A stretch of DNA of 64,000 bases, from assembly GCF_001194135.2 (NCBI RefSeq), contig NC_068985.1, positions 122,029,396 through 122,093,395 on the forward strand. Reading direction: 5' to 3'. Position 1 is the first letter of the stretch, and every line of letters starts with the position of its first letter. This document shows positions 50,243 through 60,366 of the stretch, in pieces. The notes beneath the pieces are model-generated. The model did not search any database, was not told the DNA's origin, and was given only the letters and a program-made list of their open reading frames with translations. This DNA is from Octopus bimaculoides. Taxonomy: Eukaryota. The translations under genes were made by a program, and so were the position numbers.

Positions 50243-53200
50243 CTTGTTTGACAAGAAGTTAGACTTTAAGTCAATCATAAGTAAGCTTTTGAAAAAAACT
50301 TTTCATATGTACATTGTGAAATCTGATGGTGATCACTTTGGGACAGTGTCTTAGATAACATTATGCAGAATACATAGCAATATCCTAAGTAGGATACTAA
50401 TCCTGATGATAATTGATTATTATAAGTAGTTTCCATAAGTGTGTATATACACATGCATGCGTGCACACAAACTCTTTACTTTCAAGTTCGTTAAACATTC
50501 TGTTACTATGCAGGTTTTCAATTGAAAAACTCACCATAGCAAAAACTTAATCATAAGCTTGAGTCATGTAAACTTTGATACATACACTGAGCACCTTTTT
50601 TCTCTTGTTTGTATATTTATATGCACATAAATAAACTGGTACATTTTAATGTTTATATGAAATAAAGCTTGTTAGCTACAAAGCGAAAGTAAAGAAGGGA
50701 AAATCCTGTAACAGCAACAGTACAATTATTCTGGATTAACAATATTCACATACTCTAAGGAATAAGCTTGCTTGATGTGTTTTTTAGCAAGTACACTCAA
50801 AATAATGAGATAGCTTGTTAGGACATTAGTATTTTTCTTTGATGGCATGAAAAGATGAGATCTGTTGGTAATTAAAGACTACACTTACAGAATGATATTG
50901 AACTTAGAGCAATCAACAAAACTGCTTAAAAATTATCATAATCATTTTACATTGGCCTTTCCACGATGGCATGGGTTGGAGAGATCTACTGTTTTATGGT
51001 TGGATGCCTTTATAATCTCTTATAACATGTAGAGGCACAATCCTCCTATTCTGAAAACCAGGATACACAGGATGTTCTCAAGTACAAGAAGTGTCAGACA
51101 AAAACTGCTTTTCTACTATCAATATTATCCTAATTGGATAACGTTTAATTAAACTTACACCAATAGAATCTGTGGTTAATAGGACTCTCATTCATAACAG
51201 TACTGACATGTCCTAGTGGGTATGGTCATAATCATAAGATAATGGGTTCAATTCTGGGTCTGGATGACACATTGTACCCTTTAGCAAGGCACTTCATTTC
51301 ATGTTGCTCAAGTATGAGCAGGTTACTAGTGCAACAAACACTCTCTCTCTCTTATATCCGGAATATTCCACTGGATCAAGGGTGAGGGGACCCAGAGTTT
51401 GTCTGTGTCTGCTTGTGACTACATATGCACCTAAAACAATTAGCAAAAGCATTGTACTACACTGCTGTGCTAAGTAGATCTATCTCCATACAAATATAGA
51501 CCCTCTCTTATAAAATAGCAATTTGTTTATTAACATTTGGCTGCTTCTCTGATGTATTTTATTCAAGTGGTGTTGGTTTTATTTGTTATTCAGATACTCT
51601 CCGTACTGAACTGTTTGATAGTGATCTTGACTTCACAACTCAAAGTCAGCAACAAGAGCAATGGGGAAAAGATGAACAGTGGAAACAAGAACTGGAAGAG
51701 CGGCGGAGACTTGAAGAGCAGCGGAGACTTGAAGAGCAGCGGAGACTTGAAGAGCAGCGGAGACTTGAAGAGCAGCGGACACTTGAAGAGCGGCGGAGAA
51801 TTGAAGAGCAGCGGAAACAGGAGGAAGAATTACGGCAAAGTTACTTATTTAATGTGGAATCATTAAGCAAAGAATCTCCAATGAAATCTCACACTAACAC
51901 CAAGACTATTTTGACAGTGAAAAACACTGTTACAGAGATATATGATGATGAATCTGATAAATATATAGAAAAGGGAATTCAAGAAGCAAATCTAAGTAAA
52001 GGTTCTCAGAGAGAAGAAGGAACATATGCATCAGGTGACTATACAAAAGAGAGCCGCACTAAACAAGTGACAACCAATATGTATGACTATGTCGATTCTG
52101 AGGATTTTTCAATTGGTAGTAGGAGTAGTGGTTACTTGAGTGATAAACACAAAGATTCCAGTACCCTGACTAAAACAAGCTACTACAGTGAAATGCATGC
52201 TAACTCTTCTGACAGGCCCCAGAACCATTACAGTCTCTGGAATATGGTGACTTCTTCATCTAACTATTTAACTACAAAATTCTCAGCTGCTGCAGCAGCA
52301 GTTGCGGGTGGAATGAGCAAAGTTGGAGGAATCTTTAGAAAGGAAGAGACAACAAATGTCAGGCATATGTATGGTGAGTAAATAGACTTATTGTTTAACT
52401 TTTATAATTCTTCAACAGTTGAATTAATAATTAGTCACAAACTGCATGCTTATTTTCTGGGCAGTGTCCAGTATTCTAATAATATGAACTATAATGCACA
52501 AAGAAACTTTTTGGGGGATAAAAAAGATGCATCTTAGCACTCATTATAGTTGTGTGCTTAGGTGTTTTAAAAAGAAATGTGTGAGTAGAAGGTAATACCT
52601 GTGATGTGATTTAATATATTTGTTAGAAGAGGTAGGATTTGACTTGTTTGAATGGTAAAGGGCAAAATATATATATGATCATTTTAAAGGCTTTTTACAA
52701 AGTGAGTTACAAAGATTGGCTTTCATTTTGAAGAATTATTTATGGTTAGCTTTAAAATAGCAAATGTTACAGAACAGAAGCAAGCTTCTTGCAAAAGAAG
52801 TTCATGGTTTAGTTTTGATTCTCATTTGGTCATTTCAATTCATTTACATTTCTAATGTCTTTGAATTAAAAAAAAGTCATGGATATCAGAAAATCTTGTC
52901 TAGGTTCCTGAAAGAATATAAGAAATGGATAATTGATTGTGCATAGGCACAGGCGTGATTGTGTAGTTAAGAAGCTCACTTTGCAATCATGTGGTTTTAA
53001 GGTCAGTTCCATTGTGCAACACTTGGCCAAGTGTCTTTTATTATAGCTTCAGGCTGACCAATGCCTTGTGAGTGAAATTGTTAGGTGGAAACTGTGTGGA
53101 AGCCCATTGTGTGTGTGTGTGTGTGTGTGTCTTTATGTTTGTCACCCCTCCATTGCTTGACAACCAGCATCAGTTTGTTTGGCTTCATAACAGCAATTTA

Positions 53201-56200
53201 GCAAAAGAGACTGATTAGAATAAGTATCAGACTTTTAAAAGAGTACTGTGGCAGTCTGTTCACTGAAACAAAAGCCTGGTCAACGTTTTTCAAGAAGCAG
53301 GCTGATTGAGACGTGGCTCACCGTCGAGTAGGTCCAGCTGCTAAACGAATTTAAGATAAGTTTTTGTTTAGGTCAGTCATGACTGACCTAAACTCTTAAA
53401 GGCAGTGCCCCAGTCTTGTGACTGCAACAGATAAAAGATAAAAGCACTTGATATCATTAGGATGGTATTTATGTTGTATTTGAATGAATAGTCATGTAAA
53501 AGTCTGTCAATATGTATAAAAATTGATTCTAAGTTTAGTGGATTTTAACTGTTTTGTTAATGCTCTTAATCTATCAAATTTTAACATTAAATTCTTCTTC
53601 TCTCTCTCTCTCTCTCTCTAGGTCTTGATTCAGATTCTGAGCTAGGTACTGTATTCATTTTCATTCTACAATTTTTTTGTTTTTCTATTTGAAAAAAAAA
53701 ATGTATACTCCTCATATTTTTAATGGTCTTCTGCTTTTTATCATGGGAAGCAGTGGTGAGAAAGAATTTGCAGATGCTGGACCTCACTGAGATGACAAGG
53801 GACCAGGACTGGTGATTTGCTGTACTTGAGAAGACACATCAAGCCAAGTAAAATCCATGCGGACAGGCGTGTCTTTTATAACCATGTCCCCAGTCCCTCT
53901 CCCAGCTGAGTGGTCTTTGCTTTGCAAGTGCCAGTGCTACATAAACATACCCAGCACACTGTAAAGTGGTTGGCATTAGGAAGGGCATCCAGCCATAGAA
54001 ACTATGCCAAAACAAACAATTGGGACCTGGACAGCTCCCTGACTGGCCAGCTCCTGTCAAACCATCATGAAATCCGACATACCAGCATGAAAAATGGATG
54101 TTAAACGATGATGCTGATGTATTTCAACCATAACATTTGGCTTAAAACTTTTGCTCTAAGTATTTGTTTTATGTTTTACCTGTATGTAAAAATCAAGGCA
54201 AATATGAGAACATTTTTAGAATATTGATTTTTCTGGTTCGTACAGAAAACAAGTTATGTTTTGTCTTTTTCTATTTTGATAACAACTCACCTAAGGCCAC
54301 CCTTGGTTTTATGATACAAATTTACTGTCTTCCCATCAAAATTTTATGTTCTAAACAAAACAATAATGACAAAGTTAATTGACTAAATTTTTCATTATTT
54401 TCAAGGTCATTTGAATCAATGGCAGTGTATTTCAATAGATATATGGTAACAAAAATGTTAAAGCTAAAATGATGCCTGTTATGAGCCACTCAGTGTCATA
54501 AGGCCCATGCTTAACTTCTGATTCAGTAACATCAAATGGCATGATGCTGTTTGAATATCTCATCATAGATAAGAAACCTGCAATTTTTGTAAACTCAGTA
54601 ACTGAAGTTATCTTTAACCCTTTAGCATTTAAATTAGCTGTATCTGGCCCAAATGTTCTACCAGTTTTATGTTTGAACTAGCTCCAACTGGTCTTTCATG
54701 CCTACCATACAATGTTATTCCAAAAATATATTATCACATATTGAAATCTTGAAGTGACATGATAATACAGGATTAATTCAAAATGATGTGAATAAATAAA
54801 ATATTATATTTGAAAAGGTAATCTAAATGCTGAAAGGTTGGCTAAAGCAAAAATGGATAGGACTTTCCACTTGGGATTTAGATGCCATATATAGATCATA
54901 GCATCAAATATTGTTCACAACCCTCACTTATTTCTAAGCAAGGTAATATATTTCCCCATAGCTAGACATGTTTCCGTAGAAAATTGGAAATGGACACCGC
55001 TTGTATGTTGGTTTCATTTGTTTACAACTGTTGTGCAGTGCAACATCAAGAAGACAAGGAGACACAAATATGCATGCACACACACACATGTATGTATGGA
55101 TGCATGCATGTTTGTAAAGAAGTTCACTTCATGACTATGTGGTCTTAGCAGGGCCAGTTCAAGGTACTGGCAACCGGGGTGCCAAGGAGGGTGTGACAAA
55201 GACAAGGAAATTTCCACAACTGTTAGCTTGTACATGCCAAAGTCCAGCTTGCTTGGGCCACCAGCAACCCTGGGGCTGGCCCTGGGTCTTAGGTTCAGTC
55301 CCACTGTGTGAAACCTTAGATAGGTGTCTTACTATTGCCTTGGGCTGGTCAATACTTTGTGAGTGAAACAGATTGATGAAACTACTCAGAAACCCATTAT
55401 GTATACATGGTTATGTGTGCATATAAATGTCATTTCTACTTCATGCGCAAGAAAAAAAATGGTATCAGTGTATTTACATTCCTCGTAAATATTACACTCT
55501 TTTCTGCTAAAAGCTACTATTGTTACCATAGTTTCTGAAATTTGAGGATGGAGGTTAGTTGATTACATCAACTTCAGTACTTGAGTGGTACTATGGTCTA
55601 TCAACTTCAAAAGGATGAAAGGCAAAGTTGACCTTAGTGGAATTTGAACTCAAAATGTAAAGCTGGAAAAAAAAATACTGCTAAGTATTTTTTCCAGCAT
55701 GCTAATGATTCTGTCTGCTCACTGCCTTTACAATTTTTATAAATCAATTTAACTTCTAAATAATTGTAATTTAAATGTTAAAAACAAAAGGAAACAATGA
55801 ACAAAGAGAAAAACATATTGTGTTGTTTGCTAAATGAGGCATGTACAAATGACCCAAATATGCAACATGGTTTCAGTTCTCAGTTTTAGGTATGTCACTA
55901 ATGTTTTTTTTAAATGACATGAACATTATTGGTTGAAGGCATTGAGCTTGTATAAAGAAATCTACTGTTTCTCAATTGAGACATGTGTTAGCATGAAGAT
56001 TTACTAATTTAAATGAATTCAGGGAGTGTTTCTCTCTGCATCATCCTTGCATAAATTCAATCCACTGCTGGACAAATGCCTCAGTATGTTCTCTCCACCA
56101 ACCACAGTCTGATGTTTTCCTCATCCATGTTTGGGTGCTGAAGAATTTAACAATGTCTCCATTCCAATACCTGCATGGTCTTCCCTTCCATTTTTCTGGA

Positions 56201-58955
56201 CCTGTTGTTCACTCTGTCAATTTGATATTCTATCTGTTGTCCTTTCTTCTAAACATATCACAAAAACCATTTTGGAAATTTTATTTTCCAGATAATATCA
56301 ATTAAATCTGTTGCCATTCTTATCCTGTTGTTTCACCACTTATCCATTTTGTTAATATTCAGCTTTCTCTTTTCTATGGCCCTTTGTGTTGCTCTTAATT
56401 TCTTTTCAATGCTCTTGTTGGTAGTCCATGTTTCTGATGCATACATAATGGTAAGCAGCACACACTGGTTGAAGACCTTTCTTTTTAGACATGTGGGCAA
56501 ATTACTGCTCATGATGTCATTCAATTTTCTTTGGTCTAATTTTATATCTCTTAATGTCTCCAAATTGTTGATTTTTTTTATTGGGATAACCAATTCCTTT
56601 TGGCTCTTTAGACTATATCATTGCAATTATTGCTCTTTTGGTTCTTCTGTTCTGTCATTTGATTTTCATATCTTTTCTTCCAGATTATAACAATGACACT
56701 GACAGATATATTGAAAAATCCCATGATTTCCATTACACGAGACCTAAGAACAGGAGAAGATTTCAGGACTCTGCACTTATCAAAGATAATCAAAAGAGTA
56801 AGGGAGATTTTTTTTTATTATTGTTATATTTTATTAGTATTTTACCTTGTTTCTCCTTTCCCTACTCACTGTCTTCAGCACTTGACATTTTTATAGAGAA
56901 CCCATTTCTCATCACCAGTCACTATTCAGTCCAAAAAAGGTTCATTCGTGAGATGTGACAGCAAAGAAGAGCACATATTCACTCTCGCACGCGAGTAGAC
57001 TTGGAAAGTTTGTGAGGAACTTATTGACCCAATTTACTGACTTTTCCGATGGCACTCAGGTGTTGAGGAATGGTTGAATGACCGAATCCAAGCTTCTCTA
57101 CTAGTTCCTCAACAGTTATAATGGGATTTTGTTCCACCAGGGTTTGCAGGACATCCACATCAAGCTCTATAGATCTTCCAGGAAGAGGCTCGTCTTCTAG
57201 GCTGTAGTTTCCGGTTCGGAATTTCTGGAACCATCGTTGACACTGGCTTGCGCTTATTGTCCGATCCTCATATACTGCATTAATATTCCTCGCACTTTTC
57301 GTTACATTGCTGCCTTTATTGAACTCATAAAGCAAAATATGCCGAATATGCTCCTTTGTCGCTTCCATTATAGCTTTGAAAAAATAACTGCTAAAATTAA
57401 ACTGCACTCTTTAAAATTTGCACTAAGAATAAGGTCAAGTTAGAATTACTACCAGCTTTTATAGCAAGTTGATGCAGGTAGTTTATCCTATCCTCCTCAA
57501 ACTTTTAGTTCATGCAGTTGAAAAAACTGCATTATTTATGGAATGACCCAATAGATATTTTCCAGATGATGATGATATATATTAACTAACCTTTTTGTTA
57601 CTGTATTTATTTCGAGATGCTCTGTGTTTCTTTCAATTAATTTTAAATATAACACAGAATTTTGTAAAATAACATCGGTATCATTAAGCTAGTGTTAGGA
57701 ACATAAATTGTGACTCAGGTTTGGTGGAAGATTTTAATTCAAAACTTATGAAAACAAGACATTTGTACTCAGAGCCGGGTTGGTAACGAAAGAGTTAAAT
57801 AGGTAAATGCAAGAAATTTTTGGAACATTGATTTTATGATTAAAGAAATCTAAATTTTCACTATTACTTTCTCACCATTTTTTTTATAACATTATCTAAA
57901 ATTAAGTCTTTTCTCATGCAATTTTAATATCCAATTCTTTAAAATAATTTTATTCTCAGGTAATCAAAGTTTTGTCACGAAATGTGTTACATCAGTTGTA
58001 GAATGGTTTGTTCCTTATGAAACATCTGCAGAATCACGAAGGTAGACACATTTCTATATTTTCCTGTTAGCTTTTATTTAAATACATGTGTGTGTAATCC
58101 TTGCATGTTAACTGGCTTGTAACTTTTAGTGCTTTCACTAAAAATGTTACATTGGTAAATATGTTTAGAAACTGACAAAACAAATGTCAGTCTATTATAA
58201 AATCTTTTATGGAAAATTCAACAATTCCAAAAATCTGCATAAAATCTGTCATCATTTTTGCATGTGTTTCTCAAGCTGGCATGCATTGAGCTGGTCTTTG
58301 CAATTTGAGTCAGTTTTTATTCAGAGCTACTTCATTCATTACAGTGGGTGGTTTTCCTATCACCAGCCACTTTACAGAGTGTGCTGGGTGCATAAAATCA
58401 TGGCATGAGCATTTGAGAAGTTGTCAAATTCTCTGGTGAGATAGAGCCAAAGGCATCTCTTGACCCTACACTTTCTTTACTCATTTATAAACCACACGGG
58501 TCTTCAGTGAGACAGAACTAAAAGAATCCCTCAACCTTAAGTTATATCTCTGGTTGCTTACCAATCACTCTAAGAGTGCACCAGGTGCATTTCATTGTGG
58601 CACCAACTCAGAAAGGTTTGCTTTGTACACATTAAATATAAAGCATACTCACTACATGTAGAAAATAGAGATAATATATACATGTATGTTTCTGTGTGTA
58701 TCAACATATGTATTTATTCACTCATGTATGTATATGTGTGTGAGTACATGCACAAATGAATAAATACATATGTTGACACACCCACATATGTTCCATGCTG
58801 GTGCTACATAAAAAACACCCAGTACATTCTGTAAAGTGGTTGACGTTTGGAAGGACATCTAACTGTAGAAACCATGCCAAAACAGATAACTGGAGCCTGG
58901 TGCAGTTCTCTAGCTTGCCAGCATGCTAAAAGGACATTAAATGATGATGATCTCT

Positions 58956-58995
<40 letters not shown>

Positions 58996-60331
58996 AAACA
59001 TCAATATCAGTATCTAGTTTAACCACTTGTTTTTTACTTTCAGCAGAAGTCGTCGCTGGCTTTGTTGCTGCTGCCTACCACTGTTGTTGCTGTTCCTTTT
59101 ACCTCTTCTCCTGGCTGCATTATGGCCAGTCGGTTAGTATATGTTACGTTTTAGAATAAGTTTAATTCCATATTAATATTTTCTATTGACATTAATGTTG
59201 ACTATACGCTGATACAGTTGTCCTACAAAATAAACTATACAATTAAAGACCTTACATCTAGTGATACCCATGTCTTGAAATGCATAATCAGACCACTCGT
59301 TTGATTCCTATCCTTGAGTGTAGGCATATATGTTCTAATGACAATGATAATACTCTGTTTAACTGTTAATTTCCTCTAGCTCACTTTTTACAACTGTATT
59401 TCTAAGAATAGACACAGTCCTTTATGTTTCACTTAATTTTTTAAATAATCAAGAATGTTGGTGGGATTCATTAAAATAACTTTCTTTAAATCTGAATGGT
59501 GTTTAGCAAAAATGGTTCATACATAAACTTATAATGAAAGGCTTAAATTAATATCCAAACCTTTCAAAATGAATGTTTTTTTTTTGTGTGTTAGGATGAA
59601 GGGGGTCTCAAGCAGATTAGTATCACAAGAGTTAATAGTGGAAATCAGTCTGATCTAGCCTCATCAAGTATTTTCTGTGGGTCACAAATGATACTAAACT
59701 TCAGATTATTTCCTGACTTGTGTTTTATTGATACAACATCACAGTATTTGCATCAAATTCATCATGTCTCTTTCTAAGGCTACATATATACATGCTGTGT
59801 CATTCATTTATGCTACATGGGACTAATTTAAGTGACTGGAAATCCTCCTGACAAAACTAAGGAAGTCATTATTTACTGCTAACTTGTCTGTTGTAATTGT
59901 TAAGCAGATTAACATTAAGAATATTAGTTTTAAGTAATAGACTTAGGGAATTGTGTAGTACTAAACTACATTCATTACATGTAGGTTTGCCCACAGCTAG
60001 AATTCTATCAGCATCGACTTCATCTTTCACTCCTTGAGAATTAATAAAGTAAATATTAGTTAATAAACTGGAGTAAAATCCTATTGACTACATATTTCCT
60101 CACACCCAAGAAATTAGTCTCCTGGTTAACGAAAAATAATGAATATTATTTTTAATATACAAAATAAGCTCAAGCCAAACCAAGTTTATGGGCTGGTTTC
60201 AATTTCAAATTGCAGTTAATATGCTTCAAGTGCATTGCTTATGCCCTTGAAAATAAAGTCATGAACACCATGCAACAATTTTATTCTCCCTCTCTCTTTT
60301 TCTTCCTAAATTTGTAACCTTGTACCTCAAT

Positions 60332-60366
<35 letters not shown>

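Noticed and set aside
51695-51820. Regular direct repeats as a CRISPR-like array
   Set aside because: Contiguous tandem units with no spacers, inside a eukaryotic coding exon.
51537-51866. ORF with KSSGDL repeats
   Set aside because: Alternative frame of the 18-bp repeat. Only the EEQRRL frame is continuous with the splice phases and the downstream ORF.
57960-57966. Exon starting AG|GTAATC as a recursive-splice exon
   Set aside because: Explained by the Gly-Asn codons. The upstream intron is only about 4 kb, and skipping would shift the frame.
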